DNA of 64,000 nucleotides from Octopus sinensis (Eukaryota), in assembly GCF_006345805.1 (NCBI RefSeq), contig NC_043004.1, forward strand, positions 3,162,001 to 3,226,000. Direction: 5' to 3'. Both the position numbers and the translations under genes were made by a program. Each line of letters starts with the position of its first letter. The first letter of the stretch is position 1. The notes under the pieces were generated by a model that made no database searches, was not told the DNA's origin, and was given only the letters and a program-made list of their open reading frames with translations. Below are positions 1 through 12,150 of the stretch, one piece after another.

Positions 1-1028
1 GTCTAAAATTATTCAAATACTTTATGCCAAACACCCAGCCTTTTAGGTTCTTGCTACCTTCCTCTTGGAACCTATTGGTCTCTCATTTTTCTTACTGTAT
101 CCCACATCTCAGATTCCATTGTCATCTCTAAAGCCAGTTCTTCCTTTTCCACACCTGGCTAATCTGCAATTTCTTCTCTGCTCACATCGTTCACGCACTT
201 GTCGACTTGCAAACTTTTCAGGAGGATATGAATGACATGAATCTCACCAGTCTTCGGTGTCTTACGAAAGCCATGGGATCTACACCTTCCTTCAGATCCA
301 CGGAGAAAAAAAGAATCCTAGCTTCCTAGAATCAATTAATTTGGCTAATAGATATCCATTATTTTATTCTTTTATTCTTTCACTGGTTTTAGTTATTGCA
401 GAGCAGCCATTTAGGGACTACAAACACACACACACATAGTGAGCTTGTTCTTGCAACTGACCCCTGTTGACTCAATAAAACATATATATATAACTCACTC
501 AAAACTCTTGTCTGTTACTACACGTGACAAAAAGAATGACTCTGCCAAGAAACAACCTTCTCTTCTAAACTCTTGCGTCTTCAGTTCTTTCAAAATGCAA
601 TATTTATTGAAAGAACTTTGTTTATACGAAACGTTTTGTTTCGTTCCTCTTTGTTCGTCGCCATTTTCTTCTGTTCATTTCTTTCTTGACGAAGCACTGC
701 AGACCGAATCATTGAAAAGTTTTAATTTTTGTTTCCTTAACATTTTCTATAAAATTAACCTCATCGTCGTACTGCTTAGTTGATTTTTATTGCATCTGGT
801 TGATTGTTGTTGATACCTCGTGGACAACATCAATGATCGTTGTCTTAAGTTTACATCTGGACTATATTTATAGTTTTCTCTGCGATTGATTGAATGGTCT
901 CCGATATTGGTGTTCTACATTAGAAAGTAGGACATCAAGATCTCGACCTATCCCCCAACCAAATTTCGAATGCTTATACCAAACTTGTTCTGGTTAAAGT
1001 CACCCAAGGAACATGTTATTGTGTTAAA

Positions 1029-1153
1029 TCTGGTGACATATTGCCTCTATTGTCCAAGAAAAGCTACCATTCAATTAAACGGATTTCCGAATATGAAATC
1101 CGTTTGAATGAATTGTAGCTTCACTTGGACAACGGAGGCAATATTTCACCAGA
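1029..1153. repeat. Ungapped palindrome (59-bp arms, 7-nt loop), MITE-like hairpin
   Basis: Arm 1029-1087 is the reverse complement of 1095-1153 with 8 mismatches and no gaps; loop CGAATAT. Confidence 0.85.
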
Positions 1154-1195
1154 CATGTTGTTATTGTTGTTGCTGTTGTTGATGATGATGATGTC

Positions 1196-1305
1196 CAATT
1201 TCCACCGAAGTTGACTTTGCCTTTCATCCTTTCGGAATCAATAAAATAAGTTTCAGTCGAACACTAGGGTCGGTGGAAACGACTCATCCCTTCCCCAAAA
1301 TGGGT
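1196..1305 (+). mobile_element. Partial SINE (central GTTGACTTTGCCTTTCATCCTTTCGG domain)
   Basis: Shares the GACTTTGCCTTTCATCCTTTCGG...AAATAAGT domain with copies at 9400, 13274, 13499, 30480 and 46389. Confidence 0.75.
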
Positions 1306-1335
1306 GTCTTTATCGCAAAATTTCAAACCATTATA

Positions 1336-1379
<44 letters not shown>

Positions 1380-1396
1380 TAATAATAATAATAATA

Positions 1397-1446
<50 letters not shown>

Positions 1447-1468
1447 CATATTATTATTATTATTATTA
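1336..1468. repeat. (AAT)n/(TAT)n microsatellite with strand switch
   Basis: Direct reading; source of the poly-I/N/Y ORFs in the track. Confidence 0.95.
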
Positions 1469-2716
1469 TGACTAGAGTTTTTTTGGCATTTGTTGAATTC
1501 GGTTTAGCATATAGCTAAATATCTCCGAGTTTTTCGTATTCTTTGTGAAGCAGGAGACCATCACAATGGGATTGGCAGATATTAACTTTAATTGGTCAAG
1601 AGAGTATGTCAGTTTATAAAAATTCAGTAAGACTCCATCCTTAGCCTTCAGCGCTTTGATCCTTACACTTAACCTAGCACAAATATACTTTGAGATTCTG
1701 ACATGACTGCTCTGAGCTGTGGTTACTGAGGTCAATTTTGTATGAATCCTTTCTGACATGTGAGGGAGCTTATATAACAGAGAAACTACAATCTGTATTT
1801 TGCAGTCGGGTTCCTCTCCATTGTATGCAAATATCTTTTGCTTTACATTCATTTTTGATTTATAATTCACACTGATATGAATTTATCTATCGATAAGAAC
1901 TAATTACTTAACTTATATCAATTGTCTTCAATTTAAACGAAGATCTTGCGTGTCTTTTCTACACTTAAGGCTTTACAGAACCAGCCAACATTTTCCACAA
2001 TTTGTGCTATATTTCACCATCTTGTATTGTGTTGCACCGTTTGATGACGCTACTCTTAATCCTATTTCTGGAAAGATTGATTTTATAAAGATCTTGTTTT
2101 AAAACACATATTATTTTCAATATAGAATATGTTTCTCTAGACACGCAAAAGTCTAACATCAATAGTTTGCACTCGTGTAGAAATGTGAGAGTTAAAATAC
2201 CACGATATGATTAGGAAATTTGGTTTCTTGCCACACGATAGAGATAAATAGCTTTCTTGACTCAATAACTAGTCTATAACGATCGACAGACGAAAATTAG
2301 GTACCTATTCTCCTTACCAATTGAAAGAACACAAGCAGAAATGACTATATACCGCTCAGAAATAATTTGCACTCAAGGCGAATGAAGACAACGTCCTCAA
2401 TTATAAACCGACTTCAGCCATATTAAATTTCTCGGTAATCTAATGTCGAATAGCTTAACTAATTTATGTTTTCAACTGTAGCATTGAACATCATTGATAT
2501 CCTTCAGATAAGTATGAGCAATATTCAATATCATGTCTCTGCATTTTTTGTAATTGATAAAATAAATACCAGCTATATACGGTGTTTAGAGACAAACACT
2601 ACGACCATTGATGTTCCCGGCCTTCTGTCAACATTAAAAGAAATTAATTGTTGTTGTTGTTGTTGTTGTATATGGTGCATCTGTTGTTTTTATTTATTTA
2701 CTTATTTAAGTGGCTG

Positions 2717-2757
<41 letters not shown>

Positions 2758-3409
2758 ACGTAGTTGTTGCAATTGATCATTGAAGACATTTAGATCAGAA
2801 TTATGAATTCCCTGTTTGACATTTGCACATATCTCCTAAAATACATCGCTTGTTAAAGAATGACATAATAATGATGATGATAATAACAATAATAATAACA
2901 ACAATAATAATAACAATAATAATAATAATAATAATAATAATTCTTATAAAGCAGGAAGAATTTTTTTTTACTTATTTGACGATTCATTTAACACAGAAAC
3001 CACCAAATGTTAAACTCCAAAATTGGAGTCCACAGACCCCCCTCCTCTCCCTGCTACAACTCTCTCCACTTCTCCTTTTCTCATTCTCACTCTTTCTCTC
3101 TCTTTCTTCCTCGCCCCCTTTCACTCTCTCCCCCAGTTTTGCTCACGTCCCCCAACTCTCCCGCTTGCAATCACTCAACATCGATAGAAACAACCATAAC
3201 TAAAATAACAAATAAAAAAAAAACAAAATAAAATAAATAAATAAATAAAACAGCAGTAACAACAACAGCAACAACAAAAATATTTAAGAATGACATCAAA
3301 GTGGAAATGCATTACTTTTTTGCTCGTGAGAGGATGTAATGACTTCAACGACACAAATAATGCACACACACACATATGTACAAATGCACATATACACACC
3401 TATATATAC

Positions 3410-3440
<31 letters not shown>

Positions 3441-3843
3441 AATATATGAAGCACATTCGTGAACACATGTTTATATCGGCACTCTCACTTAATACACGTA
3501 ATATCCTGAAATAGTTTTGCCTCATTAACAAAACGTGTGCAGAGATAGTGATAGAAAGCTCTAATTGAGTTGTGCGCCCCCCTCCCAACCGATGGTAGCG
3601 GGTAAAGGTCTAATTTACATAATTCCTGCTCTTTTGTTCTCTGAGATTATCTGCGGGAATTTGTGCAATTTAGATGAAGATTACTGCCAGCTAATAGCAC
3701 TTGCATATAAAGTCAGCGAAACATGGGTCAGATATGCGCAAAAAATGACAGAAAATAGAGAAAAAAAAAATTACTTTTTAACGCCAGCCTCACAGATTCC
3801 GCACTTGCCACTTTGAATATTCGTGTATATATATATATTATAT

Positions 3844-3875
<32 letters not shown>

Positions 3876-3948
3876 ATATATATATATATACACACACCCT
3901 TATGCGCAGGTATAAGCTGTTTGTTAACGAACAAAATAACAGCTATTA

Positions 3949-3984
<36 letters not shown>

Positions 3985-4722
3985 GGTATGTATGTATACA
4001 TACATACATACATACATGCATACATACTTATACCAGAGGCAGACCAACAGAAATATACTAACAAACACACGTGCATAAATTGAAACAGAAATGAAACCAC
4101 GCGCACTGTACTCCACAATGCGAAGTAGGAACTAGTGCCTACGCATATTTGCATTTATATAGATTTGTATATACATATACAGACACACTAGTATATATGT
4201 GTGTGTGTGCGTGTTTAAACACATATAGACATATACATGGAAAGGGAAAGTGAGTTGGGTAGAAAGATTGGTGAATTCAGCGTGGGTGGAATGTTACACA
4301 ATAACTACCCCGCGATGCATGTAATCATAATGATTATCAATGTTCGTATTTAATCGTAAATCAGATGTGGAAAATGTAAGCTCTCGGGCCACAGTTCAAG
4401 TAATAAAGTAAGCGAGATTTTTCCCACTTCAGGGTCAAAAAATGGGTCTGAACTTTCAGTCCTCCATAATGACGAATTACACATTATATTCTCGGCGTTT
4501 TACCTGCTTCTGTGCAATGGTTCCTCCTTAATGAGCTGTATCACTTTACAGATAATGTGCTAAATTATGTCCAGAGCACAAATACAGGAGAGGACTTAAT
4601 ACGAGAGCTCAGCTTCATCGGATTCCTAGTGCTGCATATAAGTGGCCACCATCGCACTTGCTTTCATTCACCAATTCTTTGTATTTACATAAATGCGATT
4701 TAGATACATATACACACATACA

Positions 4723-4772
<50 letters not shown>

Positions 4773-4777
4773 TATCT

Positions 4778-5070
4778 CGTGACCGACCAGTCCATCAGAT
4801 GTAGTTACACATCGCTGGTCACAATGCGTTCGCATTGTTTTAGCCTTCGAATGACGCCACCCCGCTGGCTAAGCGAGCAGGCCAACAGAAGAAAGAGTGG
4901 GAGAAATAGTGGTGAAAGAGTACAGCAGGGATCACCACCCCCTGCCGGAGCGTCGTGGAGCTTTTAGGTGTTTTCGCTCAATAAATACTCACAACGCCCG
5001 GTCTGGGAATCGAAACCGCGATCCTACGACCGCGAGTCCGCTGCCCTAACCACTAGGCCATTGCGCCTCC
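4778..5070 (-). mobile_element. tRNA-derived SINE, family B (tail type i)
   Basis: Minus-strand head GAGGCGCAATGGCCTAGTGGTTAGGGCAGCGG with A box and B-box-like GGTTTCGATTCC; homologous to 32227, 42964 and 46343. Confidence 0.85.
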
Positions 5071-5086
5071 ACACTATATATATATA

Positions 5087-5833
5087 TACTAGCAGCATAG
5101 CCCGGCGTTGCCCGAGTATGTAAGAGCCCCTAGTAGGCAACGACTAATCCTAATCTAGTCCTTTCCCTCTAGGGAACGAAGGCGCATGTGTAGGTTGCAA
5201 TGTCTTCTCTTCACTCCCAAATAACTATCAAACAGCTATCGATGATTCAACCCAACCAATTCCTACCAGAAAGAAATTACATTCGAGACTTTACCCCCAA
5301 CACCGCCACTTCTGCTAATAGCTGCTGCAGCTGCAAGTTATTCGAATACTTTTTTGTTTACACGTTTTACCTTAAATTTTTGACGTACCCTAAGGGTCCT
5401 CGGACGCTACTTGCAAACTCTTGGTTTATTATAAACCGCTTTTGTCGTATGCATCAAAAAACCTTTTCCATTCGTTTGTTCAGTTTGGTCACTTTTGACT
5501 TTTTCGTTGTTGTCACTCACATTGCTACCCACTTTTTGCCGTTTTTGTACATTTTTATACATTTTGGGATACTTCCGAGAGTTAAAAAGGTCGAGTTGCG
5601 TCCCCTAGACAGTCTGTAGAAAATGTGTTGCATATAAAAAGCTTAGATTCTCGACCCATGTCGAATTTATCGATTTTTTCCAGAACTGGGGGAACTTTTC
5701 AAAATTTTCGCTGCGTTAGTTTTGAATTATGACATTGGGTTACGTGTGTGTCAAGTTTCATCAGAATCGGTTGAAAGCCGTGGTCAGGGTGAGGGTACAA
5801 CCTGACAGACACACAGACAGACAAACTGCCGTT

Positions 5834-5840
<7 letters not shown>
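5087..5840. mobile_element. Non-autonomous Helentron/Helitron-like element (HINE/DINE-like)
   Basis: Starts TACTAGCAGCATAGCCCGGCGTTGCCCG; ends ...AAGTTTCATCAGAATCGGTTG...(ACAG)n...TTTATATATAT, the usual terminal architecture of these rolling-circle derivatives. Confidence 0.6.
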
Positions 5841-5893
<53 letters not shown>

Positions 5894-5944
5894 AATATAT
5901 ATATATATATATATATATATTATTATTATTATCATTATCATTAT

Positions 5945-6441
5945 TGTTGTTGTTGTTGTTGCCTTTGCACAGCTTCTAACGCTGGAGGTGTGCTACGGTT
6001 TCAGCTGTTCACTACCAATGAACTAAGGTAACACCCCTTATTTTCGAGCATCTTCCGGAGTATTCGAGTGGTTCCAAGCTGTGCTGTTTTTTGCAAGTAC
6101 TCCACCCTTATTGCATCCCCTATTTGTTCCATGTACTTCTCAAGATTTTTCCTCGCTGTTCCCAGGGCTCCCACAAATATTAGTACTACTACCACCTTTT
6201 TCATCGACCACAACTGCTTAACCCCCCAAGCTAATCTGTCATATCTATCGACATTTCTTTCTTCCTTATCGCGTACCTTGTTGTCAGCTGGGCATGCTAT
6301 ATCTATGAACCAGCAGAGTTTGCTTTCTTTCTCAACACTATGTCTGGCTTCCTATTCTCTATCTCATGGTCGCACTGAATCATAAAATCCCACAAGATCT
6401 TTGCATTATCATTTTCGATGATGCCTTCGGGTTTGTGGTCG
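5945..6441 (-). mobile_element. 3' fragment of an R4/Dong-type non-LTR retrotransposon (restriction-like endonuclease domain)
   Basis: Translates, with one frameshift, to HKPEGIIENDNAKILWDFMIQCDHEIENRKPDIV...FIDIACPADNKVRDKEE...LIFVGALGT...QKTAQLGTTRILRKML, a PD-(D/E)xK RLE C-terminus; ATN repeats on both sides. Confidence 0.85.
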
Positions 6442-6535
6442 GACCAATTTTTATTATCATCATCATCATCATCATCATATAAGAATATAAAATTATAATG
6501 AAATGAAGGAAACCGTGATATAATTTAAAATGTAA

Positions 6536-6690
6536 AGGCGCAGGTATGGATGTGTATGCGTGAAGTTTGCTTTACACCCACTGCTAATAGGTTCACTGCC
6601 ATTGCACAGCATCATCTGTGCCTTTTGACACATCCCCCAAACTAACTAAAGCCTTGTAAGTAAACTTTTAGGCGGAAACTATGCGGAAGC
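6536..6690 (+). mobile_element. Degenerate 5' part of SINE family D
   Basis: AGGCGCAGG...AAAGCCTTGTAAGT...GGCGGAAACT followed by (TA)n; resembles the heads at 15330, 22403 and 37704. Confidence 0.45.
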
Positions 6691-6714
6691 GTCTAATATA
6701 TATATATATATATG

Positions 6715-6763
<49 letters not shown>

Positions 6764-7244
6764 GTATATACATATATATATATATATATATGCATGTATA
6801 TGTGTGTATGTATATATGTATGTATGTATGTATGTGTGTGTGTGTGTGTGCGTCTTTGATTTTTCCCCTTCATATATGTTAGTGGTACGACAAAAAGAGA
6901 GTGATAGAATGAGTGTGACAGTCGATTTTATACTATATTAAGGAACCGCCCAATGATTGAATGATTGAAACAAGCAAAATAAAACAACGGATATATTTTG
7001 AAACACAAACAACATGAGAATGGTGACAAATTCAAGACAGCCAAACATCCTCACGGGTGAACGTGTGTGTGTGTGTGTGAGTTATAAGAATGATGGACAA
7101 CTCGAGCCTCACCTGACTATAGATCGTTATTGGCACCAGGCGAAATACGAATAGAATTTTTTTTTCGGCAAAATAAATACATCTTTTTAATGCACGCTAA
7201 GTGTGGAGTTGTATTTAAATGTTTGTACTATGTGCGATATATAT

Positions 7245-7299
<55 letters not shown>

Positions 7300-7307
7300 A
7301 TATATAT

Positions 7308-7351
<44 letters not shown>

Positions 7352-7469
7352 ATGTATATATATAATATATATATATGTATGCATATGTATATATATATAT
7401 ATGTGTATGTATGTATATGTATGTATATATATATATATATATATAATATATTATATATATATATATATA

Positions 7470-7502
<33 letters not shown>

Positions 7503-7506
<4 letters not shown>

Positions 7507-7700
7507 ATCCAACAAGAAAGCACAAAAAAACACAACAACGCGAGGTCGTGGAACAAATATAGTATTATTGGACGCTCAGGAAAGAAGGAAAGAAGGAGGG
7601 TTTAACGTTTCGAGCGGAGCTCTTCGTTGGAAACATAGGAGAAGGAAAAATCCAAAGAAGGGAAGACAGAGGAAAAAAAATCGCCAACGGTACACACGAG
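7503..7700 (-). mobile_element. Short non-autonomous Penelope-like terminal repeat with a decayed minimal hammerhead (7600-7634)
   Basis: Homologous to 35995-36163; minus strand reads GTTT-CCAACGA-A-GAGC-TCC-GCTC-GAAAC-GTT-AAAC; ends GGATTAAC then (TA)n. Confidence 0.65.
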
Positions 7701-7715
7701 GTACACATATATACA

Positions 7716-7747
<32 letters not shown>

Positions 7748-9199
7748 CGTACAGGTTGCAACCCTTACTAAGGGCAAGCCTGGTAACAAAATAGAAGCAA
7801 ATATTAGAATTTGTTGTTTGAAACTTTTTAATACAAGAAATATTTACGTGATAGGAAAAATGAACAATATTATTCCATGACTGGTATTGTTTTTATTCTT
7901 TAGGGAAATATGGAAGATAACTATAGACTGTACAGGCTACAGACACTGTAGCTTCAATGTACGTCTGGAGTTCTGATTCTTACCAATAATTTGGATTGAT
8001 CTGTTGCTTATCAATCGTTTTGTAGATCGTGTACTCAGCCATTGATTTTATAGATGTGGTACTCATCTATAGTCGTGTATAACATTTCCATTTAGGTTCT
8101 GTGAGCTGACACTGGTCTGTAAAGTCTAAAGATCTACTTGGTCCTCATATTGGCCCGATGGTTGATAAGTAAAGACCTGAACATCAGAGGTGAGTCCAAT
8201 GGCAAACCCTTCTGTTTAAGAGCTCGGCTGCGGTTCGAACGATAACTTTGAAGCTTCCTTTCAAAGTTACGTCGTCTCTGCAGACCATATCAGCAAATTG
8301 AACTCAGGGAGGCAGGTTAACGGAACACTCGGCAATTCTAAAGTGTTGCCTCTACATACGGTGATACCTTATCATTATTTACTGGTTTTGCTGCAGCTTA
8401 AGAATAAAGAGACACAACCGCCGGTACATTAGATGTAACTAGCGATAAACTAAGAACTGTCAATTTGCCGGTTTAAAAGTAATACAGCACATTATCTATT
8501 CGGTCATACATACTACCGAAGATGATACAGCAATGGATGACTATCAAATAACAATGATATAACATAACAATATGCTATGAATTCTAATCAGCTGTATTTT
8601 ATCACTGAATACGATAATGATGTTGAGCTGATTTCGTTATTAGAACAACCGACTTCATGAATGAAGAAAACAACATTTTGTAGTTAATAAAACAACGTTT
8701 GTTATACGGAAATCTATCTCCATTCTAAAATATGATCAAAAGCATATATTTCGAATATAATTTGGTTTTTAGTATCTCATCATATATTTTGCTAGTTTTC
8801 TATTGAATGTATTCGGATGGAAATTAAAATCCATTTTAATAACCAGGATCTGAATCGCATGCATTATGTTACGTTCTCGAGTTCCTATCAACCCGTCCGG
8901 CATCCGACACGAAGAAAGAAGCGCAATGTCATAAAAAGCAGCCATTTATTGATTTACTTCAATTTATGTATAACGTCCCAAGGATAAGAGAAACTACAAT
9001 AACACATGACTATTAAAGCGTCCGATTAAGCAATAGCGAGTCAATGTGTTGGTTTTGCAAGTTATTGAAGTAAACTCTACCAAGTGACAGAGAAAAGAAA
9101 ATGGAAATTACTCTGGGGAGGAATTCCCGAACTGGTAATGAATTAAAGATCAAATCTTTTCATAATATACAACTACTTCTCTACTTAGATCACTCACTC

Positions 9200-9253
<54 letters not shown>

Positions 9254-9399
9254 ACGCTGTGCATTTATATGTTAGTATATATATATACGCGTGCTTTTTG
9301 TGTATGTATGCGCACGCGTGTGTATGTATATATGTATATGTATATATACATGTATACATACATACATACATGCATACATATATATATATATATATTTAT

Positions 9400-9631
9400 T
9401 TATTTATTCATTACCCACAGGGGGTTAAACATAGAGGAGACAAACAAGGACAGACAAAGGGAATAAGTCGATTACATCGACCACAGTGCGTAACTGGTAC
9501 TTATTAAATCGACCCCGAAAGGATGAAAGGCTAAGTCGACCTCGGCAGAATTTGAACTCAGAACGTAACGACAGACGTAATACCGCTAAGCATTTCGCCC
9601 GGCGTGCTAACGATTCTCTCAGCTCGCCGCC
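9400..9631 (-). mobile_element. SINE family A, full length
   Basis: Head GGCGGCGAGCTGAGAGAATCGTTAGCACGCCGGGCGAAATGC, central GCCTTTCATCCTTTCGGGGTCGA domain; four near-full copies in the window. Confidence 0.9.
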
Positions 9632-9641
9632 CTTAATATTA

Positions 9642-9751
<110 letters not shown>

Positions 9752-9930
9752 ATATACATATAAATACATATATACATATATATACATATACGCATGCCAT
9801 GCGTATTTTGGAGGGAAAATTTACGGTTTCAATCGTCTACTTGGTTTTAACCTATGCTCACTTTCCCCCCACTATTTGATGACGCCTGGTCAAAGGTGGA
9901 GGCTGGTGGCATTTGATAAATCTAATGAAG

Positions 9931-9991
9931 ATGGTGCTGAAGAAAGACATTAGGCAATTTCTCGCCTACGATCTAGAAACATGTTCACCAT
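9931..9991 (+). ncRNA. Minimal type I hammerhead ribozyme motif with intact core
   Basis: Stem I ATGGTG/CACCAT (6 bp), CUGAAGA, interrupted stem II AGA/TCT + TAGGC/GCCTA, GAAAC-AT-GTT with palindromic AACATGTT; predicted cleavage after GUU at 9985. Folded by eye. Confidence 0.6.
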
Positions 9992-10192
9992 TAACAGTAA
10001 AGGATTGTTTTCGTTTATTTACTACTCCGATTTTGCGTATGTGAATTGCAGGTTTATGTCGTATATGGAGCCCCCACTTGTAGAAAATGGAAATAAACAG
10101 TCTCTAATTCTTTCGGTATGCGGCAGAGCAACCTGTTGCCTGCCCTTTTACTTATATACTATATATACATATATATATATGCATATATATAT

Positions 10193-10228
<36 letters not shown>

Positions 10229-10229
10229 G

Positions 10230-10263
<34 letters not shown>

Positions 10264-10339
10264 TATATAATATATATATGCATATATACATACCTGCATA
10301 TATATATTATATATACATGCATATAAGAGGACAGGAGTC

Positions 10340-10495
10340 AAAAACGTGGACAAAATGAAAAACGAGAATATAAAAACAACAAAAACATGGAAAATGAAAT
10401 TTTGTTTTTAAACAACGAAAGAAACGAATAGAGAAACGAGACAGGCAACATAAAGAACAATCCCTTCATCAGTTGTCCCTTGTTTTATCTACCTG
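10340..10495 (-). mobile_element. Penelope-like terminal fragment with a CTGATGAAGGG half-motif
   Basis: Minus strand GTAGATAAAACAAGGGACAACTGATGAAGGGATTGTTCTTT is homologous to 23070-23120; embedded in (TA)n. Confidence 0.45.
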
Positions 10496-10639
10496 TCTAT
10501 ATATATGTATTTGTGTGTGTGTGTGTGTGTTTGTGTGTATGTGTGTGTGTATTTGTGTATCTGTGAGTATTTAGACGTGCCTGCACATATATTCATTCAC
10601 GCACATGCACATTCAGACACGTTTAGGTAAAATATAGTC

Positions 10640-12150
10640 ACTCCATAGCGATTCCGAATTTCGAGCAAAAACCTTATCCGTACAATCGTTAAGTCTATAT
10701 CTCATAAGTAGTTGACGCCGTATCCACATCATAACAACTGGGTCGGTTTTTCGGTTTGCTTTATCATCGATACTCCATAATACTGAGCTCTGTTCATTGA
10801 TCTCTGAGTTTCCAAACGAACCGAGACAATTGTGTGGGTTTGTTTTTCTACCGATCTTTCTCAGTGAGTGTTGATGGTAGTAATATCGACATTTAAAAGT
10901 GTTCAGTGTGGGTTCTGTGTAAATGCTTTTGAAAATGTCCAGAGACCTTATACATACTCCATGTGTCTGTACTGTGATAAAGCAGGATCACCAGAATAAA
11001 GAGATGGATGTATTTAGTAGTTAACTGGCTGGTGAGTAGAAGATGTAGCTGTATTTAATACGTGTCTTGGGATACGATGCTGCTCTTGGGTATTGGAAAG
11101 TTTGCTGCATATGTGTTCCTGTGGCAAATGTCTTTTCATGACTTTAATATTCTAGCGATATTAGTTCATAAATTGAACTTAAAAAGGTTACTCTTCTCTT
11201 GTTCTTCTCTGCTATAGAGGAGGAAATCTCTTCTTTCTATATATTGTAACTTCTCAATAAAGCCACTTCCTATTCGTAAATGACAATACTATGAGGGAAC
11301 TCTGCTTAAGGTGCCCGAGGATAACTCGTGGCTCTTTTGCGTATCCTAGCAATAATATTTGTAATTATTTTCTGTGTTAGTTGAAATTGTTACCTATGTG
11401 TAGAGTGTATTCACGCGAATTCTGAAGTTGTGCTGTTTATCTTTGTTTAAGACTTGCCATGTCTGGATTATTTGAAAATAATGCATACAAAGGTAATATG
11501 AATAAAGAAACCGCAATATCGCCGCTAATAAATGATTTCGCGGCATCAAAAACAAAACATCCTGCAGATCATGTTACGATAGAAATCGATATAATCCATT
11601 TACATATACCGCCACACACAAAGGGAACTGCTCTTATGTAGATCCTAATATAAGCAGGTTTACCAGGTGGCTAATTCCCGCAGAATATTTTATGCCTATG
11701 ATTACCCACAGCGGTCTGTTGTTATATATTATTGTTTGTCTATCATGTTGTAATATTTTCGTAGCGTTGGTCGACGTAATGGATGGGCATAGTTTATGGC
11801 TGCAATAAAAACGAGTCTGGTTGTCGGCTTGTAATATTCTCTAATGCCAAAAAGTGCAAGGCACTGCATGTCTTGTTATCTCGATAAGTAGTGATACTTC
11901 TTTGGTTGCCTTTGTTTTTTTGTTTTTTTTTGCATGATGCTTCTAGTAAACTTTTATCAAGAATTCAAATGTCGCCCTTTAACTGACTTTAGGTCTCGTG
12001 AATGGGTGATTGATAAAGTTACAGTTTTCCTAGATGAAATACGGTTGTTGTGTGGCTTAAATATCGACTCTATCTTCCACGTCTGACATGGCGGTATCGA
12101 TGTTTCTAACGACTATTAATATCATTTAAGACAGTATAAGTATTCTTCCT
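10640..12150 (-). pseudogene. Heavily decayed Penelope-like element (RT plus GIY-YIG endonuclease)
   Basis: Collinear minus-strand motifs: PKSQL..ILDK (~11950-12000), CPSIT and KILQHDRQTIIYNNRPLWV (~11715-11800), VIIGIKYSAGISHLVNLLIL (aligns to TMGSxDGAExCELVGLYIL), NGLYR (~11590), TQLSRFVWKLRD and WSIDDKA (10756-10835); many stops and frameshifts. Confidence 0.7.

Noticed and set aside
1-250. Possible RTE-LINE 3' remnant on the minus strand
   Set aside because: Only a vague resemblance (LQVD...CGKGR); no convincing motif
1472-1870. 132-aa minus-strand ORF next to an AAT tract
   Set aside because: No recognisable domain or splice structure; may be an old TE remnant but this cannot be supported
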